From IMG/VR virus record IMGVR_UViG_3300045789_000880: DNA of 64,000 bases, one strand, 5' to 3'. Of the stretch, positions 47,423 through 57,242 are shown piece by piece. The notes under the pieces were generated by a model. It searched no databases. It saw nothing but the letters and a program-made list of their open reading frames with translations, and had not been told where the DNA came from. Each line of letters opens with the position of its first letter. The first letter of the stretch is position 1. This stretch comes from an uncultured virus (IMG/VR IMGVR_UViG_3300045789_000880) (lineage: Duplodnaviria > Heunggongvirae > Uroviricota > Caudoviricetes). The translations under genes were made by a program, and so were the position numbers.

Positions 47423-50400
47423 ATGGCATTTTTAAACGAATCACATATAGAAGAAGCAGACATCAAGTTCTTTTTAGATAATTTGAATTATGATGAGCAT
47501 ATAGATGCTTGGGATAAACAACTCGTAGGTAGGGACAGTCTTAAAGATGTTGTGCTACGCGACCGCTTAAAAAGAAAGCTCAATGACCTTAATCCTAATC
47601 TGCCATTTGAAGCCATAGATGAAGCCGTACACGAACTTTGCAAAAGCAGAGCGATGATGACGCCTACATTAGCTAATAAGGAAGTGTATGAGCTTATAAA
47701 AACGGGCGTTCCGGTTACCATAAAAAATCACGAAAACAGAGAAGAAAACACCTATGTAAAAGTCATTGACTTTGAAAATGCAGCAAATAATGACTTTGTA
47801 GTAATGAGTCAGTTGTCTATCCTGTATCAGTCCATAGGCACAGAGTATGACCAACCTACTAGACGTCCAGATTTACTATTATATGTAAACGGTTTACCAC
47901 TGGTAATGATTGAGCTCAAAAACGCTACTGAGAAAATTAAATCTGGATATGATGTAAATCTAAGACGTTACAAACGAGATATTCCACAGCTATTCTGGTA
48001 CAATTGTTTTGTATGTATTTCTAATGGTATTCAAACACGCGTGGGTGCTTTTAATGCACCTTGGGAACATTTCTTTTCTTGGGTAAAACTACAAGATACT
48101 GCCATAACTCACGACCAGCTGAATCGTATGGAAGTAGAAGCAGAAAGCAAAAACACTAAAAACAGATTAAGTTTAAAACTCTTTGGAGAAGGACTATGCT
48201 CAAAAAATAACTTCATAGACTACTTTGAAAACTTTGTATTATATCACAAAAACAAAGTCAAAATTATTGCTAAAAACCATCAATATCTTGGTGTGAATAA
48301 CGCGATTGTTTCTTTAGAAAACAAGGAAGATAAAGAAGGAAAGTTGGGTGTGTTTTGGCATACCCAAGGTTCGGGAAAATCGTACTCAATGATTTTCTTT
48401 TCACGTAAAGTGCAACGCAAAGTCACTGGGAATTGGTCCTTTATGATTGTAACAGACCGTAAAGATTTGGACGACCAGATTTACAGAAACTTTGTAGAAA
48501 CTGAAACCATAACAGAGACTAAAGAGCAAACGGCAAATTATTATAGACCGCTTTCGCGAAAGCAATTACGGGAATACCTCCAGTCTAACAGAACATTTCT
48601 ATTCTCATTAATACATAAATTTGGTATAGAAAAAGGAAAAACCTATCCAAAACTAACAGACAGAGATAATTGGATTGTAATTGTAGACGAAGCACATAGA
48701 ACGCAGTACAAAGGTTACGGAGAAAATATGCGTATTGCTATGCCTAATGGCCAGTACATTGCCTTTACAGGAACACCTTTATTGCGCAGTGAATTAACTA
48801 AAGACTGGTTTGGAGATTATGTATCAGAGTACAATTTTGCTCAAAGTATAGAAGACGGAGCAACCGTACCGCTCTATTATAAAAAGAGCGTACCACGAGT
48901 AGAGCAAGTCAATGAAGACTTAATAGGCGATGCGGCACAAATTTTAGAGGATGAGCATTTAACCGATGAACAAAAAAAGAAGTTAGACCGAGAGTATTCT
49001 ACACTTTTGCAAGTCGTGCGTCGTGAAGATAGACTGCAAGAAATTGCTAAACATATCGTACAGCATTACCCCTATCGTTTAGATGTAGAAGATGATGAGA
49101 AAAACCGCAGGCCTATGAAGGCTATGGTAGTTTGCATCGATAAGTTTACAGCGGTACGGATGTATGAATTTGTACAAGCAGCACAAAAAGAAGAAATAAA
49201 AGAGCTGCGTAAAAAAATAGCTAAATCTCGAAATCCTGAAGAGATAGAACGCTACAAACGTGCTATCGCTTTTATGGATGAGACGCGTATGAGCGCCGTA
49301 ATAAGTCTGGAAGGAACTGAAACGGAAGAGAAGCTAAAGTTTGAAAAGGAAGGTCTCAATATTTCGCCCCATCGCAAGTTGATGGAGTATCCAGATGAAG
49401 ATGGACGTAATATTGAAGATTATTTTAAAGACCCAAATAGTACGTATAGAATTGTATTTGTAACTGCAATGTGGCTTACAGGTTTTGATGCGCCATCAGT
49501 CTCTACTTTATATCTAGATAAGCCACTTCAAAATCATACGCTAATGCAAACCATTGCGCGGGCAAATCGTGTTTTGCCAGGCAAAAAGAATGGATTAGTC
49601 ATTGATTACTTTGGCGTATTTAGAAACCTTAGAAAAGCACTTGCAGCTTATGCAGAAGGAACCAAAGGAAAAGACAATGGAGATGATGATGAATTCCCTG
49701 TTAAAGAGTTTGAAGAACTACTGGAACTATTAGAACAAGGGATTGCAGAGGCTAAAGCATATTGTATATCACTTGGAGCGGATATAGATGCTATTTTAAA
49801 CTTAGGAGAGCGTGGTTTTAAAGAAGTAGAACTATTTCAGGAGTATGCAGATAAAATCTTAGAAAAAGATGAGTACAGAAAACAACTAGGTCTGTTTGTT
49901 AATACCATAGTTGGCTTATACGATTCAGCAAAACCTGAAATATATAGCTATCCTAAAATCAAAAAAGAACGAGACGTTCTTGAGTACCTAAAAAAAGTAG
50001 TGGACCGCAATGTAGATGCAGATGAGGCTATAGAACGTGCTAAAGAAAAATTAAATACCTTATTGGATTCGAGCGTTTTAGGTAAGGGTGATTTACGTGA
50101 AGCCTCAGAACGATATATCATAGATACTTCTAAGCAAGTCGATTTAAGTAAGCTAGATTTTGCCAGATTGCGTGAAGACTTCCCAGAAAAGAAACACAAA
50201 AACATAGCTTTTGCAGATTTGCGAGAATTAATGGAAATCAAGCTTAAACAAATGCTTGCTCAAAACAATACCAGAGGCTCTTTTTTAGAGCGATTTGATA
50301 AAATAATTGAAGATTATAACGCAGGCAGCTTATCTATAGAAGAAGCTTACGAGGAATTGGTAAAACAAGCTAAAGACTTATCTGAAGAACAAGAGCGTGC

Positions 50401-50722
50401 TGCTAAAAATGGAATGACAGAGGAAGAGCTAGAACTCTTTGATTTGTTGAAAAAGGAAAAGTTAACTAAGGATGAAGAGAAAAAGGTAAAGTTAGCAGCT
50501 TCACATTTATTACAAATTCTATTTGATTCCAATAATAAGATTCTTATTCAAGAATGGCATAAGGAGAAAACAACACAAGAAATTGTACGACAAGAAATAA
50601 GTAAAATCCTAAATAAAGACTTGCCCGATAGTTATGACCGTGACATCTTCTCACAAAAGACAGATGTGGTGTTTCAGCACTTCTATCAGTTGGCAGAGAT
50701 TGGTAAAGGGTTTGCGGCTTAA
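47423..50722 (+). CDS. hsdR: Type I R-M restriction subunit
   Basis: RPD..IELK, HTQGSGKS, DEAHRTQ, FTGTP, TGFDAP, QTIARANR. Confidence 0.95.
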   Translation: MAFLNESHIEEADIKFFLDNLNYDEHIDAWDKQLVGRDSLKDVVLRDRLKRKLNDLNPNLPFEAIDEAVHELCKSRAMMTPTLANKEVYELIKTGVPVTIKNHENREENTYVKVIDFENAANNDFVVMSQLSILYQSIGTEYDQPTRRPDLLLYVNGLPLVMIELKNATEKIKSGYDVNLRRYKRDIPQLFWYNCFVCISNGIQTRVGAFNAPWEHFFSWVKLQDTAITHDQLNRMEVEAESKNTKNRLSLKLFGEGLCSKNNFIDYFENFVLYHKNKVKIIAKNHQYLGVNNAIVSLENKEDKEGKLGVFWHTQGSGKSYSMIFFSRKVQRKVTGNWSFMIVTDRKDLDDQIYRNFVETETITETKEQTANYYRPLSRKQLREYLQSNRTFLFSLIHKFGIEKGKTYPKLTDRDNWIVIVDEAHRTQYKGYGENMRIAMPNGQYIAFTGTPLLRSELTKDWFGDYVSEYNFAQSIEDGATVPLYYKKSVPRVEQVNEDLIGDAAQILEDEHLTDEQKKKLDREYSTLLQVVRREDRLQEIAKHIVQHYPYRLDVEDDEKNRRPMKAMVVCIDKFTAVRMYEFVQAAQKEEIKELRKKIAKSRNPEEIERYKRAIAFMDETRMSAVISLEGTETEEKLKFEKEGLNISPHRKLMEYPDEDGRNIEDYFKDPNSTYRIVFVTAMWLTGFDAPSVSTLYLDKPLQNHTLMQTIARANRVLPGKKNGLVIDYFGVFRNLRKALAAYAEGTKGKDNGDDDEFPVKEFEELLELLEQGIAEAKAYCISLGADIDAILNLGERGFKEVELFQEYADKILEKDEYRKQLGLFVNTIVGLYDSAKPEIYSYPKIKKERDVLEYLKKVVDRNVDADEAIERAKEKLNTLLDSSVLGKGDLREASERYIIDTSKQVDLSKLDFARLREDFPEKKHKNIAFADLRELMEIKLKQMLAQNNTRGSFLERFDKIIEDYNAGSLSIEEAYEELVKQAKDLSEEQERAAKNGMTEEELELFDLLKKEKLTKDEEKKVKLAASHLLQILFDSNNKILIQEWHKEKTTQEIVRQEISKILNKDLPDSYDRDIFSQKTDVVFQHFYQLAEIGKGFAA

Positions 50723-50737
50723 AATAACACTCAAAAA

Positions 50738-51418
50738 ATGACAAAAAAAGTAACCGAAGAAAATAATGCTCCAGCTGATTACTTGAGTAAAAGTTTTCTG
50801 GAAGAATTAAATTATAAGATGTGGTCAACAAAAGGGGCTAGATTTAATTGTGACAAAAGATTAAGGATAAAAGGAAACGCCTCAAATGTTGGATTATCAG
50901 TAATATCAGCATACCTAATCATTGCCAGTTTAATAACAGTTTTCAAATTAGATCTTGGAATAGCGCAAGGAGTATTGAATTTTACTATAACGGCATTGTC
51001 TATTCTAGTGCTTGTATTTACACAATTTGAAAATGCTCAGAAATACGATTTAAAAGCAAAAACGCATCACGATAGTGGTTTGAAAATTTCAGAACTTTAT
51101 AATGAGTTGAGGATATTTAAAACTCTTGTTAAGAACCCAAGTGATTTAGAGATACTAAATTTCTCTAAAGACTTGGTTAGAAGATATGAAAGTGTTTTAA
51201 GTACAACCGGCAATCACTCCAGAATTGATTATGATAGATTTTTGATGACCAATTTAGAGTGGATGAAAAAGAATGAACCTGATAAAATTAAAAACTTAAA
51301 TAAAAATTGGATTAGGGTTAAGTATTATTGGAATGTATATGGATGGTATTTCTTATTGATTATAATACCGCCTATTGCATTTTTTCTACTAGTCAACATT
51401 ACCCAATCCGCCTCTTAA
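50738..51418 (+). CDS. SLATT-domain membrane effector
   Basis: TKGARFN, two TM segments, C-terminal TM; defence context. Confidence 0.75.
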   Translation: MTKKVTEENNAPADYLSKSFLEELNYKMWSTKGARFNCDKRLRIKGNASNVGLSVISAYLIIASLITVFKLDLGIAQGVLNFTITALSILVLVFTQFENAQKYDLKAKTHHDSGLKISELYNELRIFKTLVKNPSDLEILNFSKDLVRRYESVLSTTGNHSRIDYDRFLMTNLEWMKKNEPDKIKNLNKNWIRVKYYWNVYGWYFLLIIIPPIAFFLLVNITQSAS

Positions 51419-52349
51419 ATTCAACAATAAAAGCCTGCTTCATACCACTACTTTTATAAGAATTTAAAAAGCCTTCTAAGTTGATTTCAGTCTTGATATG
51501 TTCTGCTTTTTCTTTAGTCATTGCAATAAAGTAGCTGTGTAGAGAATCTTTCAAGGTTTTACCATTAGGCATTTTGCGATAGGTCTTACCAAACTCATCT
51601 TTCATTCCTGTTTCACGCTTCATTTCAAGCTCGTATGCTCGTTCAAAGTTGAGCATTGTGCGAAGTGTCATAATATCTTCAGTATCGTCGTCACCAGCTT
51701 CTTTACCTTCATATTTCAAAATAGATTTACGAATGGTTAAACAGATATCTACTACTGCAGGATAAACAAGTTGTCTTTCTAAGGTTTCATTAAACCCAAT
51801 GCGATAAATACAACCGCTAAATCGGTCAAGCAAAGAGGCATCTTGTTTGTTGTTCCCAACATAGTTTCCACTTGCACCTTTTCCAATAACATTTCCTGTG
51901 GCAATACAACCAAAGTTTCGGTGTTTCTTAATAGGTTCATTATTTCCATTGAAAATAATAGCATCTTCACGAGCACTTTTTGCTAAGGCATCATTTAATA
52001 AACCAGCGGTATTGGCATCAAGCTTTGGCATTTCATCCAAGATCAAAACCTTTCCGTCACGCCAAGCTTCAATAAGAGCACCTTCTTTGTAACCTGAAAT
52101 CGTTTGCCCACCTTTAATGTCAATAGGCGAAGTCCATTGGTTGCAGTTTACAATGGTAAATGGTAATTCCTGCCCATCATTTTCTGCTCGTCCTTTTATG
52201 GCATACGCAATTTTTTCGCCTATGGTCGTTTTTCCTGTTCCGGCACTTCCTACTAAGTAGGGATTGTTTCCAACACTTAAATCATCCATAATTTTCATAA
52301 ACTGTGGAATTTGCTGTACTTCGGGAATGTCTAATTTTCTGTTGTTCAT
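51399..52349 (-). CDS. MoxR/CbbQ-like AAA+ ATPase
   Basis: GSAGTGKT, LILDEM, IATGN, DASLLDRF. Confidence 0.85.
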   Translation of the reverse strand: MNNRKLDIPEVQQIPQFMKIMDDLSVGNNPYLVGSAGTGKTTIGEKIAYAIKGRAENDGQELPFTIVNCNQWTSPIDIKGGQTISGYKEGALIEAWRDGKVLILDEMPKLDANTAGLLNDALAKSAREDAIIFNGNNEPIKKHRNFGCIATGNVIGKGASGNYVGNNKQDASLLDRFSGCIYRIGFNETLERQLVYPAVVDICLTIRKSILKYEGKEAGDDDTEDIMTLRTMLNFERAYELEMKRETGMKDEFGKTYRKMPNGKTLKDSLHSYFIAMTKEKAEHIKTEINLEGFLNSYKSSGMKQAFIVEFKRRIG

Positions 52350-52351
52350 TC

Positions 52352-52564
52352 TTAATTTCTTTTTGCTTTTTTGAAGAGCTTATCTGCAGCTTCGTTGGCT
52401 TCTTTTTTGGTTGTGTAGATACCATCGATTACATCTGCATCCATACCACGCCTAAATTTATTCTTGAGTTCTTGCATCGTTGTCGATTGACCATCAAATA
52501 TGGATTTTCGAGTTCTGTAAAATGGTGTGTACACGATGTACATTTTGTTAGGATTCACTTTCAT
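52352..52564 (-). CDS. Small hypothetical protein
   Basis: Exactly fills the gap between helicase and AAA genes. Confidence 0.65.
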   Translation of the reverse strand: MKVNPNKMYIVYTPFYRTRKSIFDGQSTTMQELKNKFRRGMDADVIDGIYTTKKEANEAADKLFKKAKRN

Positions 52565-55500
52565 CTATTTCAAAGCAATTTGTAGTTGATTAATTAATTC
52601 ATCGATAGACGCGATTTGAGCGATGGTATCTTCATAGAAAACACGACCTAAATCTTGAGCGGTGTACTTTCCGAATACAAATTCTGCATTCCCATCTTCG
52701 TGTAGATTATTCAACATAAAATAACCCATTGCCTCAATTGCTTCGTGCAATGGTTGATCTCTCACTTCTTCAATAATGGCATTAAAATCATCTTTAATTC
52801 CTGTCTGAAGTATAGTTGTTTTCCAATCTTGATAAGGCTCTTCTACGTTCTTAAAAATGGGAATCAAAGAGTAATTATATTTTTCCTTATCCGTTAAGGG
52901 ACGGTTGTAAATCACAAGACCAAACTCATACTCAGCAGTTGGTTCTTCATAGCTTACAAAACCAATCGTAGGATTGCTACCCTGGCCATACGGACGACCT
53001 AATTGGTACTTAAAGTTTCCTTTTTTCTGTTTGGTCTGTGCTTTCCAATCGGTTTCATTTTCAATTTCCCAATCTTCCAACTCACGCGCTTTGCCCATAT
53101 ACTGCACTTGAAAAGCATCCAATCGATTTAGAAACGGTTGCAAGTTTTCCAAATGTAATGCGCCAGTCATATCGCCAGCATTTTGCACAAAGTCTGGCAA
53201 TTCATCTTGTGATTGACCAGGTTCTCGCCTTAATAACGAACGTAGCTTTTCGTCAATTACCGCTGGGTATAAATCCTTTTTGTCTAAATAGACTTGATAG
53301 TAATTATCACTTATTCGCTTTGCGCGAAAACTTAGCTTGTGATCCGCAAAGAAGTCGTCTAAATCCAATTTGCTGATAATTGGATACGCTTCAGAAACTG
53401 GAAGCAATGCCGAATCTGCTTCGCCTTCTTTACCAAAGTCTCTATGCAATAGAATACCATTCTTGATGGTTCCTTCTTTCGTATTATATTTTATAAGCTT
53501 GTTTTGTGTCCCAATCTGACCTGAAGCACCTACAATGTTTTCGGTTAAAATATGACGACGTTCGCGTTTTGAAGATGCTTTTTTAATGAGTTCGTTCCAT
53601 TCCAAATTAACCATCTGCACATCAGCATCAGTAATGACGCGACTCTCGGTAAACACTTGGCTAATGAAACTTTGTTCGGCAGGCTGTAAACTGTAGGTTA
53701 AAATCTTACGGGAATCCGTAACACCAAATTTTAAACTGATATTACTCAACGTATATGGGTTCTTTCCAGACTTCCCAACGCTCACACCTAAGAAGATTCC
53801 CCAAGATGGCTTGATCGTTGTTCCAATAAATGGAACACGAATCACATCGCCAATATTCCACATATTGATATACCGCAGTATAATACTTTGAATATTTTCT
53901 AAACCAGCAATATAAGTAGCCAATTGAGAAGTTTTCTGAGTGATAAGAGCTTCGAGCTTGTTCCAATCCGAAAGAATCTTCTCATTCTCTTCTTCAGTTT
54001 CTCCGCTACCTCGCTGTGGTAATACTTCGCGATCTTCCTTTAGCTTTTCAATGACTTTAAAGCGCTTTGCTTTTCGGTCTTCAAGCAATTTTGGATAGGC
54101 TTCATTGATTTGATCTTCTAATTTCAAACGTACTTGAACTGGCTTTTCGCCATCGAGTGCATCTTGAATACGCTCATCAATATCCTGTTTTGTAAAGGGT
54201 CGTTTCAGATTATTGACGATGGTAATGTCTCGAACGGTATCTTTTCCAAAAGGCGTGCGCCCGCCTTGACCTTTTTGAAACAGGAAACGCTTTTTTACTT
54301 CGGCATCAAGTGGTAAGAATTCAGTTTCCAGGTCATACGTTCCTTGTTGTTTTTCTAATTTAATTTGATGGTCATATCGTTCTAATAAATCATCGTACAA
54401 CGCGTCTTGATCTTCCACTTTTAATAGTCCAGCTCTTCCTGTCAATTGACGGATAGCACCTTCTTTAAAACCATTACGCTCATAAGAAATGAAGCCTCGT
54501 TTATCGGTTTTCTTTTGATAGGTAGGATAACCCAATTGTTCCATCATCTCTTGGTTTTCATCCACCCAATTCCAAGCAGCGATGTCTCCGTATTTATTTA
54601 GAAAGTCGGCACTTTTTAAAGTGTCATCATTGGTCTTTTGTGAGCCTGTGGTATTGGCATCCAGCGATTTTAATTTCGCTTTAAGCATTGTCATTAAACG
54701 CTTTTCGGTCGGAATATCACTTGTGATGTAATAATACTCTGGTAAGTTCACTTGACCAGTACGATTGATACGACCTCGTTTTTGAACTTCCGTATTGATA
54801 TCCAATTCAAACTGATGCACTATCATTGCACGCTGACGTTGATCTTTAAAATCTTTACTGGCGTGCGCAGAAGATCCTGTACTACCACTTTGATTAATAA
54901 GCAGCACATCATAATCACCACTATTAAACATTCTAAAAGAGCGTTCTGTATTACTTCGGAAAGATTCTACAACCGCTTCATCGTCTGTTAAATCAATACG
55001 TTGATTACGACCTGTGACTTCGGCTACTTTAAAGAACATATCGGAATGACCGCCTAAATGTTTGGGTTTCTTCTCGGTTTGTAATAAATGGATTAACTCG
55101 TCAATAGGCGAAATAGAAAGTCCAGAACTTTCTAATAACATTCGTTTTTTGATGTCGTTGTATTTCTCAATTCCATTTTGAGGCAGTTCTTCCAACTGGA
55201 TGCGTTCTCTGGTTTTTTCGCCATCAATCGCCACATAGTTATAGTTGAAGATTCCGTCGAGTCCTTTAACCAAAGTTCTAACAAAGTCCAGTTGTTCTTT
55301 AGGAATGACATCGCCACTAACCAAATTCAAATCCTTTAGAAACGCACCCATTGTGGACTTGAATGCGATGACTACTTTTTTGTCTTCCTTCAGTAATTTG
55401 ATAGTATGTTTAACTACATCTTTCACCTTTAACGCAAATAACATTTGGTCAATGATGTTAAACACACGAGAGAAGTATGGCGATTGTTTTACGCCAAGTC

Positions 55501-56824
55501 CTCTTGGTTTAGAAGACATATGCTCACCTTGCGCTTTCGCGGAAGCGTGAACATCTGCCAATAGTGGCGCAACAAATTCCTGCTCAAAAGCCACCACATC
55601 ATTCATTAAACTAATGATGCGATTGACGCTCTCACGACTTTTACTGCGTTGTGGTTCGGCATCCAGTGTTATGTAATCTACATTGATACCTTCGTTGGAA
55701 CGCTGTCGTCTGATGAGCTGACCGCTTTCTGAAAGATTTGAAGCTACAATTTCTTGTAGCGCCAATCCACCACTGGTCATTGAACCTACAAAATTCGAGT
55801 CGGTCAATCCAGTTTCGGCAATGGCGGTTTTCTTTGCGTAGAAAGGCATCACTTCTGGATATTTGGCAAAGGTGGCACTCAAAAAGCAACAGGCTTTAGT
55901 TTGCGGTAAGACTTCGCGCATCCAGGTACCGATGATGGAATCGAAACCACCAGCCATATGCGACTCGTCGAGAATGAAGATGAGCTTCTTGTATTTCTTA
56001 CTTCCGTCGATTCCATTGTTTACCATTTTCTCAATCCACATTCGTTTGTAGGGATGTGCAGATTGCACTTGAGAATAGGTCGCAAAAATCATATCATAAC
56101 CCAACGGTAAATGGTCGAGTGTCAATGGAATTTTAATCGTTGGTGTTTTGTCAGGATCAGGTAGTTTCTTCCCAATCTTCTTGTGATATTCAATAGATTC
56201 TGGACTCTCGGTTGGGAATTCAATTTCGTTTGAAATCAAATCAGCTTGAGCAGAACTACTGAGTGGACTAAACACCACATTACCATCTGCATCTTTGATT
56301 TTAGCATTGGTATCTGTGTTGACTATAAATGGCCTGATATTTTCAAAACCTATTGCTTTTAAATCACGATACATATCGGTAAACAAGTCCGGTTTTTTGG
56401 TAAAAAAGACAGGAATATAATCGTTCATAACTGCGTGTCGTATCACCGCAGCAGCCTGCCGACCTTTGCCTATTCCTGTCTGATCTGCTATAATTATGCC
56501 TTGCTCATTCTCAAATTGCTTGAGATACAAACCAACCGCATCCACTTGTTCTGCACCCAATCCACTCCACAGTTGCTTGGTGGATTTATACTTTAATTGA
56601 TTGCGGACATAGTTGTCAATATTGCCTTTTGACTTCACAATACTATTGAGGGACTTTTGAACCTCAAAAGCCATATTACGAGGAATAAGCGTATTCATTC
56701 GGTATGGTGCTTTTGACTTTGGGACGTATTCCACTAAAGCACTTTCTTGCGTGGCAAGTTTTGCGACCTCTTCGGCATCTTGCTTAAAATCTGCCTGTTC
56801 TATTTCTAATTCTTGATTACTCAT
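52565..56824 (-). CDS. Strawberry-notch-like SF2 helicase with DarA-C-like C-terminal domain
   Basis: ADQTGIGKGR, ILDESH, LSATFAK, SGSTGSSAHA, QKRGRINRTGQ; GLVIYNRPLTDKEKYNYSL. Confidence 0.85.
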   Translation of the reverse strand: MSNQELEIEQADFKQDAEEVAKLATQESALVEYVPKSKAPYRMNTLIPRNMAFEVQKSLNSIVKSKGNIDNYVRNQLKYKSTKQLWSGLGAEQVDAVGLYLKQFENEQGIIIADQTGIGKGRQAAAVIRHAVMNDYIPVFFTKKPDLFTDMYRDLKAIGFENIRPFIVNTDTNAKIKDADGNVVFSPLSSSAQADLISNEIEFPTESPESIEYHKKIGKKLPDPDKTPTIKIPLTLDHLPLGYDMIFATYSQVQSAHPYKRMWIEKMVNNGIDGSKKYKKLIFILDESHMAGGFDSIIGTWMREVLPQTKACCFLSATFAKYPEVMPFYAKKTAIAETGLTDSNFVGSMTSGGLALQEIVASNLSESGQLIRRQRSNEGINVDYITLDAEPQRSKSRESVNRIISLMNDVVAFEQEFVAPLLADVHASAKAQGEHMSSKPRGLGVKQSPYFSRVFNIIDQMLFALKVKDVVKHTIKLLKEDKKVVIAFKSTMGAFLKDLNLVSGDVIPKEQLDFVRTLVKGLDGIFNYNYVAIDGEKTRERIQLEELPQNGIEKYNDIKKRMLLESSGLSISPIDELIHLLQTEKKPKHLGGHSDMFFKVAEVTGRNQRIDLTDDEAVVESFRSNTERSFRMFNSGDYDVLLINQSGSTGSSAHASKDFKDQRQRAMIVHQFELDINTEVQKRGRINRTGQVNLPEYYYITSDIPTEKRLMTMLKAKLKSLDANTTGSQKTNDDTLKSADFLNKYGDIAAWNWVDENQEMMEQLGYPTYQKKTDKRGFISYERNGFKEGAIRQLTGRAGLLKVEDQDALYDDLLERYDHQIKLEKQQGTYDLETEFLPLDAEVKKRFLFQKGQGGRTPFGKDTVRDITIVNNLKRPFTKQDIDERIQDALDGEKPVQVRLKLEDQINEAYPKLLEDRKAKRFKVIEKLKEDREVLPQRGSGETEEENEKILSDWNKLEALITQKTSQLATYIAGLENIQSIILRYINMWNIGDVIRVPFIGTTIKPSWGIFLGVSVGKSGKNPYTLSNISLKFGVTDSRKILTYSLQPAEQSFISQVFTESRVITDADVQMVNLEWNELIKKASSKRERRHILTENIVGASGQIGTQNKLIKYNTKEGTIKNGILLHRDFGKEGEADSALLPVSEAYPIISKLDLDDFFADHKLSFRAKRISDNYYQVYLDKKDLYPAVIDEKLRSLLRREPGQSQDELPDFVQNAGDMTGALHLENLQPFLNRLDAFQVQYMGKARELEDWEIENETDWKAQTKQKKGNFKYQLGRPYGQGSNPTIGFVSYEEPTAEYEFGLVIYNRPLTDKEKYNYSLIPIFKNVEEPYQDWKTTILQTGIKDDFNAIIEEVRDQPLHEAIEAMGYFMLNNLHEDGNAEFVFGKYTAQDLGRVFYEDTIAQIASIDELINQLQIALK

Positions 56825-57242
56825 TCTTGTGTTGTGCTAAAGCCTCTAAATAGGTTCGTAGTGTAATTTCAGAATACAACTGAATGGCTTCTTCTTTATC
56901 CATTCCGCTTCCATAAAGCAATGAATCTTGAGGTGCAGTTTCATCCAGTTTATCCCAACTTTCTTTGAGTGTCCAAAGTGCGAGTTGCATCTTGTCTGTA
57001 TTGGCAAGAAAGTCTGCGATTTCTGCTACCGATTTCCCTTCGGTATAGACCAACTCAAGATAATCCTCAATAAGAGCAATTGGGTTTTCACCTTTCGCGA
57101 AAGCGTGTTCCACAAGTTGATGTAATTGAATGTAAAGCGCTGCTTCGTGATCTTCATAGCGTTCAAAAGGTTTTGTATTTGTGACCATAAAGAGTTTTGT
57201 ACTCGTGTCGTTAGGCATTAATTGATTATTGAAATAGATCAT
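56817..57242 (-). CDS. Hypothetical protein
   Basis: Overlaps both neighbours. Confidence 0.7.
   Translation of the reverse strand: MIYFNNQLMPNDTSTKLFMVTNTKPFERYEDHEAALYIQLHQLVEHAFAKGENPIALIEDYLELVYTEGKSVAEIADFLANTDKMQLALWTLKESWDKLDETAPQDSLLYGSGMDKEEAIQLYSEITLRTYLEALAQHKNE

Larger units (their letters stand above)
27044..51398 (+). mobile_element. 24-kb plus-strand defence/cargo island inserted in the backbone
   Basis: All genes plus-strand, flanked by minus-strand AAA and vWA-like genes; CA dinucleotide at both junctions. Confidence 0.65.

Noticed and set aside
53317..53331. Additional palindrome copy GCTTTGCGCGAAAAC
   Set aside because: Needs an insertion plus a mismatch; not counted
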